Below, one piece after another: positions 1 through 8,941 of a DNA stretch of 27,511 bases (its first letter is position 1; each line of letters begins with the position of its first letter). The translations under genes and the position numbers were made by a program. This DNA is from a virus. Lineage: Duplodnaviria; Heunggongvirae; Uroviricota; Caudoviricetes. Location: the IMG/VR virus record IMGVR_UViG_2537562015_000010; one strand, 5' to 3'. The notes under the pieces are model-generated. The model saw only the letters and a list, made by a program, of their open reading frames with translations. It did not search any database and had not been told where the DNA came from.

Positions 1-489
1 ATGATGATGATCTACGGCATGTTTGTTTTTGAGCTGCGCACGTTGCCGCATCAGCAGTTACAGCAAAACAAAAGCTGGCGGCATGTGAAAAATGAACGCG
101 TTAACCGTTCAGCAAGCTGGCAGTATATCGGGGCAGGCGATGATCGCATCGTTCTTTCTGGTGTGCTTTATCCTGAAATTACAGGTGGCGAAGTGTCGCT
201 TTCGTTGCTGACCACGCAGGCATATACAGGACGCCCCTGGCCTCTGATTGATGGTGTCGGGCAGATTTACGGCATGTATGTCCTGACCGGAACGAATACG
301 ACCCGCTCCGAGTTTGATCGCTACGGTAAGGCGAAAAAGATAGAATTTTCACTGACCCTTGAACGCTGTGATGAGGATTTGCGGGAGCGCCTGCAATCCT
401 CATCATTCAGCGATATGCTGTCCGGCTTCAAAGATAAGGTGACATCATCTCTTAACAGCGCGGCCAGTTCAGTTAAAGGGCTGTTCTGA
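1..489 (+). CDS. U: Tail protein, P2 gpU-like
   Basis: 162-aa ORF starting ATGATGATG at nt 1; N-terminus MMMIYGMFVFELRTLP and size resemble the P2 gpU family as I recall it; stop TGA at 487-489. Confidence 0.65.
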   Translation: MMMIYGMFVFELRTLPHQQLQQNKSWRHVKNERVNRSASWQYIGAGDDRIVLSGVLYPEITGGEVSLSLLTTQAYTGRPWPLIDGVGQIYGMYVLTGTNTTRSEFDRYGKAKKIEFSLTLERCDEDLRERLQSSSFSDMLSGFKDKVTSSLNSAASSVKGLF

Positions 490-497
490 TTTAACAC

Positions 498-534
498 AAA
501 AACCGCTAATGGTCAGATTAGCGGTTTTCTTTTT
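498..534. terminator. Bidirectional rho-independent terminator between convergent U and tfa
   Basis: Stem AACCGCTAAT (502-510) / ATTAGCGGTT (517-526), loop GGTCAG, flanked by an A-run upstream and TTTTCTTTTT downstream, so it is U-rich after the hairpin on both strands. Confidence 0.6.
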
Positions 535-742
535 CCTGGATCTGCCTGGTTGTTTCTTCGGCCTGTATGTCGCCTATGGGACTCACAGCTACGGCTGGAC
601 ATCATTTCCGACGAGAATAAACAAAAATTAACCGAGTGGATGCTCTACGCGTAGAAAGTCGAATCTACAGACACCTCCAGCCTGCCAGTAACGTTTCCCG
701 AACAACCTGAATGAGACAAGGCCCGCTATCGGGCCTTAATTT

Positions 743-1270
743 TTATTCAGGCTTTTGTGGCCATTCGGGATCTGCCGTATCCACACGGCTGACCAGAACA
801 CTGTAGCGTTCCCATGCTTCCAGTCGGCTGTGCTCCTCATCTGTTGCCATGTTCAGCCTGACAGCGCGCTCCAGTGGCAAAATCACGGATTCAGCATCTG
901 CAAGAAGTCTGGCTTTCCGGTTTTCTGCCTGCTGCTGCAATTCCTCTGCCGTATAAATGCGTTTAATCACTGTACCGTCCTTAAACATCCAGTTCCCTGA
1001 AATGTCCGCCCGTCGGTTAGCAGTAATATCCGCCACTTCAACAACACTTAATCCATCCGGTCTGATAGCTGTCACATCCTTTTCCACATAGCGGATGATA
1101 TTATCTTTGTCGTACGCTATTTTTAGCGTGTCATCAGCAAAATACTTTTGTTCTTCGTACCAGTTCTTACCATCTTCTGAAAAAAACCAGACAACATCAA
1201 AGTCTTTTGTCAATTGATATTGTTCAACCGTTTTTGGATTACCCGCCGTAATATTTTTTAAATGCTGCAT
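743..1270 (-). CDS. Tail fibre assembly protein (P2 gpG / Tfa family)
   Basis: 175-aa protein [30 protein letters not shown]...[30 protein letters not shown] is typical of enterobacterial tail fibre assembly chaperones; ATG at 1268-1270; lies immediately downstream of the tail fibre gene. Confidence 0.85.
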   Translation of the reverse strand: MQHLKNITAGNPKTVEQYQLTKDFDVVWFFSEDGKNWYEEQKYFADDTLKIAYDKDNIIRYVEKDVTAIRPDGLSVVEVADITANRRADISGNWMFKDGTVIKRIYTAEELQQQAENRKARLLADAESVILPLERAVRLNMATDEEHSRLEAWERYSVLVSRVDTADPEWPQKPE

Positions 1271-1273
1271 AAA

Positions 1274-4033
1274 TTATACCTGCGCCACGTTATACCATGT
1301 CCCGTTAATGTATTTCTGAACCGGTCTGTAATATACACCACCAATGTTATCGGCAGAGTTTGAGCCGGTATCCTGAACAATAATGCCGGAATATACACAC
1401 CCGGACGGTGCCTGATGTGTCCATGTCATGCCATTGTTCGCAGGTTTGTATGTGGCAGCACCACCAAGCCGGATATCCCGGACATAGCGGGAATCAAAGT
1501 TACCGTAATCCGAGGGATTAACACGCCCCGTAATATTTATGGTTTTATTACTTTGAATACTTCCCGAGACAAAGCGCATAACATGGACGCTATTAGCATA
1601 AACATCCAGATTACCATCACCATTTTGTTTAAAGCCCGTGTCATTATCACCCAAAACAATCGAATTACCGCCAAGAGCACTGGATGTTCCTATACCCAGA
1701 GCACCATTCAATTGACCACCAGATAACGGCAGTGCACCGACATCTCCCGCTGTAGGTTTTCGCGTTGTGGTATAAAACTCAGACCAGTCAGCCTCGAATC
1801 CGTAACCGTCACGAGCAGAACGATAAAAAATACCGCCGTTCTTATAATTAACGCGGAACTGGGCGGCGGGACAACTTCCTTCACCGATATTAAAATGAAG
1901 AATTAACGTTGATGCCCCACCAGTAGTTGCGTTATAGGCTCCGCTACTCCAGTTCCACCCAACGGCTTTATCATTCGCAACGGTGTCTCCTGTTTTTCCT
2001 GAGGCAAATGCACCAATATTTTTCGGCGTCAGGTTAATATCTGATGTTCCATCAAACGAAACGTTATTAATTTTACGGGCTGTTTTCAGCTTTGTTGCTG
2101 TCGCCGCATTGCCGGACAGTTCACCAGAAAGGCCAGCACTGAATGTCTGTTTCGCGCCCCATGTCTGGGCTTCGTCAATGATTGGTACTCGTCTTGCTGT
2201 GATCGTGCGGCTTCCCGGATTTCCTGAAATACGCACCATAAAAAATCGGTAGTTCGCTTTACTTACAGTGCTGCGCCATACATGCATTGAGCGCCCCGTA
2301 CCGGAATCATCACTCGGACCAACTGCGATGTTTATCAGGTTGCCATCAATGACGCCCCAGTCCATACCGTCGGGAATGTTGGTCATGTTATCAAGCCGAA
2401 CGGTTATCAGACTGCCCGGCACAAAGTCGTGGGTCTGCCAGTCCAGGCTGGTGAGCTTTGCCACTGCACCGCCGATACCCAGATTCAGGGGAAGTGAATA
2501 CGAGGTGTAGACTTCCCGCCATTCGCTCCACGAGCTGCCGGTATAGACGCGCTCAAACGTGCGACCTTTAAGGGTTGCACCTGTTCCGGCAGTTGTATAA
2601 CGCTGCCATACGTTAACACCATCAAAGCGCCTCAACACTTCCAGAATACCGAGGACTGTCACGCCGTTTCCGTCCAGTATTGGACCGTTGGTCGCTTTAC
2701 CTGTAACGCTGTAAATACCTGGTGAAGTCACATCATTCAAATCCCCGTCGTAATAACGACTCTCTGACTGATGACCGACTCTTAACCACGGTTCCCACTG
2801 CGGATTTGATGCATCCCAGCTTGCCGCAAGGCAGCGGACATACATATTTCCACGACGAGTGGTATAACGTTGCGTTCTTCCATAATTCCCGCCTTCGAGG
2901 ATCTCAAGCGTCCCCTGAGCAAAGCCGCCTTCCTCTGGATAATTGCGTTCATATGAAGCTATAGCCGAGCTACTGTTACGCCATAAACCAAGATGCTCAG
3001 CGGCTCCAAGCGTATTCAGGTCTATAGTCGTACTCAAAGGGCGGGTAGCTGATTGAGTGTGACGCCATACGCCCCACGGACCATCAGTGCCATTCCACTT
3101 ATTGGCGAGTCTGCGTATGTATACATTGCCGTCTCTCGTGATAAAACGTTGCGTGCCTGCAAAATTGCCAGCTGCAAAAACCTCAAGCACACCGACAGCA
3201 TTATCTTCCGGGAAATTTTTCTCCAGTGTTGCGTTGGTGGATGTTGCTTTAGACCAGATGCCAAGATAAGCCTTAACGGGACCAAATGTATTCAAGTCAG
3301 CATCAAGCGGCATTTCGCCATTGTTTTTCATAAACGTCAGGCTGGTAACGCCAACATTGTCCAGAAAAGCGCCCTTATCTGGAATATCGCCACCGTTCCG
3401 GTCTTTCTGCATACGTTTTTCAGCATTGTCATAGGCTGCTTTTACTGCCTTTGGCGTTGCCGCCAGCTCTTCACTGGTGCTGTTTGTTGCGCTACTTAAC
3501 TGAGTAAAACCTTTTTCTGTCAGCGTGGCGTCAGGATGGCGGCGGGATTGCTCATGCTCTGCGATTTTGTCATCGACGTAATCCTGCGTCGCCATCACTG
3601 TGCTGGCATCAATACTCAGCTCAACGGACGCTACGTTGCTGACAGTAATAACCATGCGGCAGGTCTGCGCGCGCCCGGAGCCTTCAGCGAGTTCAGGCTT
3701 ATAGCTTTCCGCCATGTTAGCGACCGCAATCAGTGTTCCGGCATCGTCATACAGACCCAGCTCACGCATCCAGAAGCCGCCCACTTCTGGCGGTACAACC
3801 AGTTCAGCCACGATATAGTTTTTATTCTTGTTATCCACGCTGACTTTATTCAGAGCGTGACGCCAGACCTCATGCACCAGTTTCGTCTGACCGGCATCCG
3901 GCACCGGCAATTTGCCATTACCGTCACCCACGGCCATTGCAGACAGAGTTACTTTTTTCCCGCCGGGGACAGTGGCGGCTGCCAGCTTCGCGGCTCCGGC
4001 AGTAGTGATAACGGTTTTAAATTTCGTGCTCAT
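1274..4033 (-). CDS. H: Tail fibre protein (P2 gpH-like N-terminus, long mosaic C-terminus)
   Basis: 919-aa ORF; N-terminal region MSTKFKTVITTAGAAKLAAATVPGGKKVTLSAMAVGDG resembles the gpH baseplate-attachment domain; ATG at 4031-4033; three internal tandem ~60-aa repeats. Confidence 0.85.
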   Translation of the reverse strand: MSTKFKTVITTAGAAKLAAATVPGGKKVTLSAMAVGDGNGKLPVPDAGQTKLVHEVWRHALNKVSVDNKNKNYIVAELVVPPEVGGFWMRELGLYDDAGTLIAVANMAESYKPELAEGSGRAQTCRMVITVSNVASVELSIDASTVMATQDYVDDKIAEHEQSRRHPDATLTEKGFTQLSSATNSTSEELAATPKAVKAAYDNAEKRMQKDRNGGDIPDKGAFLDNVGVTSLTFMKNNGEMPLDADLNTFGPVKAYLGIWSKATSTNATLEKNFPEDNAVGVLEVFAAGNFAGTQRFITRDGNVYIRRLANKWNGTDGPWGVWRHTQSATRPLSTTIDLNTLGAAEHLGLWRNSSSAIASYERNYPEEGGFAQGTLEILEGGNYGRTQRYTTRRGNMYVRCLAASWDASNPQWEPWLRVGHQSESRYYDGDLNDVTSPGIYSVTGKATNGPILDGNGVTVLGILEVLRRFDGVNVWQRYTTAGTGATLKGRTFERVYTGSSWSEWREVYTSYSLPLNLGIGGAVAKLTSLDWQTHDFVPGSLITVRLDNMTNIPDGMDWGVIDGNLINIAVGPSDDSGTGRSMHVWRSTVSKANYRFFMVRISGNPGSRTITARRVPIIDEAQTWGAKQTFSAGLSGELSGNAATATKLKTARKINNVSFDGTSDINLTPKNIGAFASGKTGDTVANDKAVGWNWSSGAYNATTGGASTLILHFNIGEGSCPAAQFRVNYKNGGIFYRSARDGYGFEADWSEFYTTTRKPTAGDVGALPLSGGQLNGALGIGTSSALGGNSIVLGDNDTGFKQNGDGNLDVYANSVHVMRFVSGSIQSNKTINITGRVNPSDYGNFDSRYVRDIRLGGAATYKPANNGMTWTHQAPSGCVYSGIIVQDTGSNSADNIGGVYYRPVQKYINGTWYNVAQV

Positions 4034-4043
4034 TGTTTCTCAC

Positions 4044-4571
4044 TTATCCGGGATAAACAGTAATAACATCACCATCACAGACCACACCGCCTGTATACAG
4101 ATAGCCGGGAATGTCCTGGATAATGTTCAGGCCGATAAGGTGGCGACTTGCGGGTTTGGCATCGGCAATCAGCCGTTCCATTTCCAGATACATTTCCTCA
4201 GTCACACCACTGTCCAGCGTGCCAACATCAACCTTGAATGTTCCGGGGTCGCCGTCGAACTCCCACCACTCAGACACGCGAATGAGGTATCCCAGCGGCT
4301 CAATGGCCCGGCGCAGTGCGCTGATGGTCCCTTTGTGTCGGTGTATCAGCCATGCATCACGAATAACCTGTCGCTTTGTCTCTTCCGGCCAGTTGCGATC
4401 CCAGCGGTCAACGGAAAATGCCCAGGCGAGATAAGGCAGCAGATGCACCGGGCAGGTGTCCGGTGACCACAGCGTGTTGAGGTCTACCGGGATGTTTGTA
4501 ATGCGCGCTCCGACAGCTTCGGCGCAACGCATGAAATTGCTGGCTGATGGTGGTAACAGTGAATTACTCAT
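4044..4571 (-). CDS. I: Baseplate assembly protein, P2 gpI-like
   Basis: Similar to P2 gpI (LLPYLAWAFSVDRWD..., ERLIADAKPASRHLIGLNI). The ORF track starts at GTG 4604; the P2-aligned ATG is at 4569-4571 (MSNSLLPP), overlapping the gpJ stop by 8 nt. Confidence 0.85.
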   Translation of the reverse strand: MSNSLLPPSASNFMRCAEAVGARITNIPVDLNTLWSPDTCPVHLLPYLAWAFSVDRWDRNWPEETKRQVIRDAWLIHRHKGTISALRRAIEPLGYLIRVSEWWEFDGDPGTFKVDVGTLDSGVTEEMYLEMERLIADAKPASRHLIGLNIIQDIPGYLYTGGVVCDGDVITVYPG

Positions 4572-5460
4572 TACGCCCACCTTCGCTGATGGTGAATGAC
4601 TCACAGCGCGCCGCCTGTATGTCGCTGATGGCCATATTCTGTGTGGGTTCGATTATCTCCACGCGTTGCACACCGTGCACATGCAGTGCGGCAGCAATGG
4701 CGGACAACGCCACGTCCTGACCGATAAGCCCCTGCTCAGCCAGCCACTTCCTGAACGACGATTCAGCCGCAGCCAGAATAGGTTCGGATTCCGGGCCGGG
4801 ATAAAAGTACAGTTTTGCATTCAGCCGCCATGTCACGATTCTGGCACTCTGTACGGTCAGGCGGTCGGCCACCGGGCGGGTATCCTCTGCATTCAGAACG
4901 GCGCGAACGGTATTAAGCAACGCCTCCGTTGCTGTGCCGTCGCCTTCAGTGGACAGGATGGAAACCGTCACGTTGGCCGGAGACGGGCTGATGGCCCGCG
5001 CGTCACGTACCAGACCGCTGGCGCTGCGTGCAAAATACTCGTATGCACCTGACGGGCCAGCAACACTCAGACCGTCATACGCCCGTTGCGCCCGCAGTCT
5101 CAGCGAGGTGTCACTTTCCATCACCGCGTCGGTGGTATCCGTTGCCGGAGTGATAACCAGGCGCTTTGTGTTCATATTGCCCGCGAGGTTGTCCAGGTCT
5201 GTCCCGGCGCTGTGGCTTAGCATGCAGGCGCGTGCACCCTCATTGACCCGCTGGCGTAACAGCATTTCACGAAACGACATGGTTTGAGCGATAACGTTCA
5301 GGGGTTCCGATTCCAGCTCCAGCGCGGCGGAAACGGCTTCACGCTGTTCGGCGGGATAAGCCGCAATCATCATGGCCTTTGTGTCAGCCAGAATTGCCTC
5401 AAAGTCAGGCTCCGCGATGATGGCGGGTTCCGGTAACTGGGAAAGGTCAACGGCAGGCAT
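4564..5460 (-). CDS. J: Baseplate assembly protein, P2 gpJ-like
   Basis: 298-aa protein, MPAVDLSQLPEP...RPVADRLTVQSA...LYFYPGPESEPI matches P2 gpJ over its length; ATG at 5458-5460. Confidence 0.9.
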   Translation of the reverse strand: MPAVDLSQLPEPAIIAEPDFEAILADTKAMMIAAYPAEQREAVSAALELESEPLNVIAQTMSFREMLLRQRVNEGARACMLSHSAGTDLDNLAGNMNTKRLVITPATDTTDAVMESDTSLRLRAQRAYDGLSVAGPSGAYEYFARSASGLVRDARAISPSPANVTVSILSTEGDGTATEALLNTVRAVLNAEDTRPVADRLTVQSARIVTWRLNAKLYFYPGPESEPILAAAESSFRKWLAEQGLIGQDVALSAIAAALHVHGVQRVEIIEPTQNMAISDIQAARCESFTISEGGRNE

Positions 5461-5463
5461 GAT

Positions 5464-5814
5464 TTACTCCCTCAGCGTGATGGTTAATTCAACATTCTGC
5501 ATGGTCTGCATGACAGTGCCCGACAGCGTCACCCCGGCGCGGCCTCCCGCTTTCCAGACAACGTCGATGGCATCCAGGGCAATGCGGGGTTCCCATCGTG
5601 TCAGCGCAATCACGGCAGCACTCATGCATTGCAGACGCGTGGTGTTATTCATGGGTTCGTCAATCAAATCAGGCACAAGGCTGCCATATTCCCGTCGCAT
5701 AACCCGGCTTGCCAGCGGGGTGGTCAGGATATTCCTGACTGACTGTTTCAGGTGCTCCATATCGTTCAGGTTTCCCGTTCCGTCCGGGTTCATTCCTGTG
5801 TAGCGGGTTGTCAC
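5464..5814 (-). CDS. W: Baseplate assembly protein, P2 gpW-like (gp25/GPW family)
   Basis: 116-aa protein MTTRYTGMNPDG... matches the P2 gpW N-terminus (MTARYLGMN...); start is GTG at 5812-5814, overlapping the gpV stop (GTGA). Confidence 0.85.
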   Translation of the reverse strand: MTTRYTGMNPDGTGNLNDMEHLKQSVRNILTTPLASRVMRREYGSLVPDLIDEPMNNTTRLQCMSAAVIALTRWEPRIALDAIDVVWKAGGRAGVTLSGTVMQTMQNVELTITLRE

Positions 5815-6392
5815 TGCGGGCCTCCTGTCGAATCGCTGCCACCTTTAACGCCACCGTGTTTATGCGTATGCACTGTGATGCCGTTTGAGGTGAAATCGCC
5901 GCCGCTGTGCGTGATATTGCCGCTCATCTTTCCCCCTTTTGTGACGTCAATCTCGGCTGTTTTCAGAAGGTTTGTGCATTCCACGACAGGCGTGTCCAGT
6001 GTCACACTGACGGATGCCTGCAGGGTGGCTGTTTTCATGCCGCTGGCGCTCAGTGCGCCTGCGTCTGCGTCGTAGCGGAACACCGCGCCATCCGGCGCGC
6101 TGACCACGATTTCTTTCAGGCTTTTGCCGGGGGCCGGAATGGCATCACTCCACAGGCTGCCGATTATCATGGCGGTTTCCGGATTGCCGCCGATGCAGGC
6201 AATTACCACCTGTTCGCCAGGTGATGGTGGCAACCATACATTGAAGGCTCCCGCGCGCGTGGTGTTCCAGCGCAGCCAGCCTGTTTCCAGTTCGCCACTG
6301 CGAACGCGAACGCGCCAGGACTTCTCATCAACTTCAGAGATGATCCCGGTGCGGATGATGTTGCTCAGCAGTCGCATGAGTTCTGCACTCAC
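5811..6392 (-). CDS. V: Baseplate spike/assembly protein, P2 gpV-like
   Basis: 193-aa protein with NIIRTGII, VTLDTPVVECTNLL and HTHKHGGVKGG motifs like P2 gpV; GTG start at 6390-6392 overlaps the gpS stop; an alternative ATG lies at 6377. Confidence 0.85.
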   Translation of the reverse strand: MSAELMRLLSNIIRTGIISEVDEKSWRVRVRSGELETGWLRWNTTRAGAFNVWLPPSPGEQVVIACIGGNPETAMIIGSLWSDAIPAPGKSLKEIVVSAPDGAVFRYDADAGALSASGMKTATLQASVSVTLDTPVVECTNLLKTAEIDVTKGGKMSGNITHSGGDFTSNGITVHTHKHGGVKGGSDSTGGPQ

Positions 6393-7024
6393 CGTACAGC
6401 CTCCGCAATCCGGCCCAGCACCGTGTTATAAATCAGGCGTTCATCTGCCTGACTGATGCCCAACAGCTCACGTACCGGGTAATCGGTGAAAATGCCCGGC
6501 GCAACCTGATCGCGCTCACCGAACTGATGAACGCGTGCAATACGTGCAGCCACGCCGCTGTAACCCACCGTCACACCGGAAGTATCCGCACGGGCTTTCA
6601 GGTAGCGGGCGGTGCGCAGTTTTACGAACATGGGGACGCGCTTTGTGCTGTCCTGGTTGATGCGCCGGGTGCGTATTTCCAGAAAGCGGTCGATGTCATC
6701 CCGGTAAAACGTGCGGATATTGTTTTTATCCTCATCCCACCCGGTAATGGTTCGCCCGTATTTCCCCGTGTCGTGATGCCAGTTTTTCAGTGTGCGTGCT
6801 TCGTTATTCCAGATAAAGCGAATGCGCTCCTGTATCCGGGTTACACGGCGTCTGCGTGGTGTCCATGCGGTCCCGTCCGGCGCTTTCTGTGACCGGATGC
6901 GTGCCTGCTGGGCGCGACGTAAATCGTGTGCCAGCTTTCTGGCGATGTTATTGATGGCCTGCTGATTCAGGCTGTCGCGGATAGCCTCAAAGGTTTCATC
7001 CACGCGGGTGAATGCCTTATCCAT
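6389..7024 (-). CDS. S: Tail completion / virion morphogenesis protein, gpS-like
   Basis: Sits at the gpS position between R and V; ATG at 7022-7024 overlaps the gpR stop by 8 nt (alternative GTG at 7033); 211 aa is longer than P2 gpS, so the family assignment is by position plus weak similarity. Confidence 0.55.
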   Translation of the reverse strand: MDKAFTRVDETFEAIRDSLNQQAINNIARKLAHDLRRAQQARIRSQKAPDGTAWTPRRRRVTRIQERIRFIWNNEARTLKNWHHDTGKYGRTITGWDEDKNNIRTFYRDDIDRFLEIRTRRINQDSTKRVPMFVKLRTARYLKARADTSGVTVGYSGVAARIARVHQFGERDQVAPGIFTDYPVRELLGISQADERLIYNTVLGRIAEAVR

Positions 7025-7484
7025 CGCTTTCACCCCACGTCACATCCTGGAATACATGCGACCAGTCGCCTTCGGAAGATGGCAGGCGGGGTTTTGGCTC
7101 CGGCAGGTGCTCTGCCTGCGGTGTGCCCTGACTGCTGCGCGTGATGCGAACGCGTTCCCGCAGGGGGAGTGTAAACAGGAGATCGGCGCTGTCATCGTCA
7201 TTGATAACGGCGGAGAATTTGATGTCCTGATTACGCTCAGGGTTGAGCAACAACTGTGGCTGATTTTCGGATAACCACGCCAGCAGCGGCAGCGTGAGGT
7301 CGTCCAGCTCCCCGGCGTAATCCATGACAAACATCACCATCTGATAGCGGTAAACAAACGAGGGCGTTTCTCCGGTCGTTTCAATGTTGCCGCTCTCCAC
7401 GAAAATGGTGAATTTTTCCGGGTTAGCCTGACACCATCGGCATGAACGGGTCATGGCTTCACGCAGGGAATCAGTTTTCAGCAT
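7017..7484 (-). CDS. R: Tail completion protein, P2 gpR-like
   Basis: 155 aa, the same length as P2 gpR, with a similar N-terminus MLKTDSLREAMT and conserved LLAWLSENQP; ATG at 7482-7484. Confidence 0.75.
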   Translation of the reverse strand: MLKTDSLREAMTRSCRWCQANPEKFTIFVESGNIETTGETPSFVYRYQMVMFVMDYAGELDDLTLPLLAWLSENQPQLLLNPERNQDIKFSAVINDDDSADLLFTLPLRERVRITRSSQGTPQAEHLPEPKPRLPSSEGDWSHVFQDVTWGESDG

Positions 7485-7761
7485 GGTTGTTATCCTCGTT
7501 GTTCAGTCGTTGCAGCCTGCGCTGTTCCAGCAATTCAATGGCCCGTTTATCCGCGTTACAGGTTTCCAGTGCATCCAGAAGGCGGTCGCCCCATATACCG
7601 AGATTTCCCCATGTGGGAGAGTCAGGGAAGGGGGGAGGCGTTACCGGTATGGTCAGCGTCTGCGGTATAAGCCGGACTGACGGCGCTGGCCGTGGCGCGT
7701 TCTGCGTGCCTGCGCAGCCTGTCAGTAAAACGAGCGTCAGGCAAAGCGTGGGCGCATTCAT
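7471..7761 (-). CDS. lysC: Outer-membrane spanin lipoprotein (Rz1 / P2 LysC-like)
   Basis: ATG at 7759-7761 gives MNAPTLCLTLVLLTGCAG (lipobox LTGC) followed by a proline-rich region; embedded out of frame in the i-spanin gene and extending past it; alternative GTG start at 7791. Confidence 0.7.
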   Translation of the reverse strand: MNAPTLCLTLVLLTGCAGTQNAPRPAPSVRLIPQTLTIPVTPPPFPDSPTWGNLGIWGDRLLDALETCNADKRAIELLEQRRLQRLNNEDNNHAEN

Positions 7762-8029
7762 CTTTTGCAATATCGTTGCGTAGCTGTTCACGTCTTGCCT
7801 CTCCGTCCTGATTGCGTTGCTGATTTTCCACGCGGAGTTGCGCCAGCACCTGCTGCATATCCTGTACCCCAGCGCTGATGATATTCAGGGTGTCGACGGT
7901 ACTTTTCAGGGCGCTGGCCTGCGCTTCGTTTCTGGCGTTCTCCCTGCCCAGCGACCACGACAGACGCATGGATGTTCCCCATGCGGCAATCAGAAGGAAA
8001 GCGACGCCCAGCGTGGGCCAGAGCTTCAT
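7622..8029 (-). CDS. lysB: Inner-membrane spanin (Rz / P2 LysB-like)
   Basis: ATG at 8027-8029 in an ATGA overlap with the endolysin stop; MKLWPTLGVAFLLIAAWG transmembrane helix followed by a periplasmic coiled-coil region; the ORF-track N-terminal extension is rejected. Confidence 0.7.
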   Translation of the reverse strand: MKLWPTLGVAFLLIAAWGTSMRLSWSLGRENARNEAQASALKSTVDTLNIISAGVQDMQQVLAQLRVENQQRNQDGEARREQLRNDIAKDECAHALPDARFTDRLRRHAERATASAVSPAYTADADHTGNASPLP

Positions 8030-8418
8030 GCCGGATAGGCTCCGTGTGGCAACTGAAAATGCGGTCCGTCTTTCAGGGTCTTCCAGTCGCCGCCCCATTC
8101 CACCGGAATATTCAGCTCCCGGCTGGCCTGTCTGAATGCTGCTGCGATTTTTTCGTACAGCGGCCATTCCCATGACACCTGGCTGCCGACATAAGCCACA
8201 ACATCCACGGCATGCCCCGTAAGGTGGCGGCTGTTCATGGTCTGGCTCTTACCTGTGGCCACCAGTTGCTTCTGGCGGTAACGGCTGCGCAACCCTTCGG
8301 TGATACCAAAATCCACTTCCGAAATTTCCAGTGCCCGTCGGGTCACTTTCACCAGATCAGGATTTACGCCCTGCAAATTCTTTTCGCTCCGGCTGCTGAA
8401 TTTAAATGTGTTGCTCAT
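8026..8418 (-). CDS. Endolysin, M15-type peptidase (L-alanyl-D-glutamate endopeptidase-like)
   Basis: 130-aa protein with the SRHLTGHAVDV zinc-peptidase motif (H-x-x-x-x-x-x-D family signature); ATG at 8416-8418 in an ATGA overlap with the holin stop; occupies the P2 K position but is not a lysozyme. Confidence 0.7.
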   Translation of the reverse strand: MSNTFKFSSRSEKNLQGVNPDLVKVTRRALEISEVDFGITEGLRSRYRQKQLVATGKSQTMNSRHLTGHAVDVVAYVGSQVSWEWPLYEKIAAAFRQASRELNIPVEWGGDWKTLKDGPHFQLPHGAYPA

Positions 8419-8738
8419 TCGTCCTTCTCCTTCACCCTGCGATTAAAGGCCGCAATAACCTTGTCGCGTGCTTTCTCTGCGCCCATAAAACCGATTGATG
8501 CGCCGATAAACGTCACGGCATCTTCAGGAAACCCGAAGAAGCGCAACGACCCGGCCACGGCCATGGCAAGAACGCCGCACGCCAGCGACCCCGTTACGGT
8601 CTGAACCAGTGTTCGTCCGTCATAAAGACTCATCAGCGCGGAAATGCTGACTGCCGCGCCTACTGCATACACCGTTGGCAGGTGGTCAAAGAGCCACGCA
8701 ATAACCTGCTCTGTGATCCCTGTTTGAATGGTGCTCAC
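8415..8738 (-). CDS. Holin (GTG start)
   Basis: GTG at 8736-8738 preceded by GGGGGAG 6 nt upstream; product VSTIQTGITEQVIAWLFDHLPTVYAVGAAVSISALMSLY... has three hydrophobic segments; directly follows the gpX stop. Confidence 0.6.
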   Translation of the reverse strand: MSTIQTGITEQVIAWLFDHLPTVYAVGAAVSISALMSLYDGRTLVQTVTGSLACGVLAMAVAGSLRFFGFPEDAVTFIGASIGFMGAEKARDKVIAAFNRRVKEKDE

Positions 8739-8740
8739 TG

Positions 8741-8941
8741 CTACTCCCCCCACAACTGAATCATTTCTCGTTTCTTCTTCTCCGGCTCCGGCATCTCCAC
8801 TTCCTGCCCGGCGTCCAGAAATACCTGCTGACAGAGTCCGGGGTTGGCATCCAGCACCTTTTCGGTGACGCCCTGCGTCGTGCCGTAGTACCGGAAACAG
8901 AGCGAATCCACGGTGTCGCCTTCCAGTGCCTTCACTTTCAT
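8741..8941 (-). CDS. X: Tail protein X, P2 gpX-like
   Basis: MKVKALEGDTVDSLCFRYYGTTQGVTEKVLDANPGL matches P2 gpX (MKTFALQGDTLDAICVRYYGRTEGVVETVLAANPGL); ATG at 8939-8941 in an ATGA overlap with the gpL stop. Confidence 0.8.
   Translation of the reverse strand: MKVKALEGDTVDSLCFRYYGTTQGVTEKVLDANPGLCQQVFLDAGQEVEMPEPEKKKREMIQLWGE

Noticed and set aside
3536-4466. Plus-strand ORFs of 175 and 184 aa overlapping the tail fibre and gpI genes
   Set aside because: Antisense to well-supported structural genes; Cys/His/Arg-rich low-complexity translations; no start-site signals.
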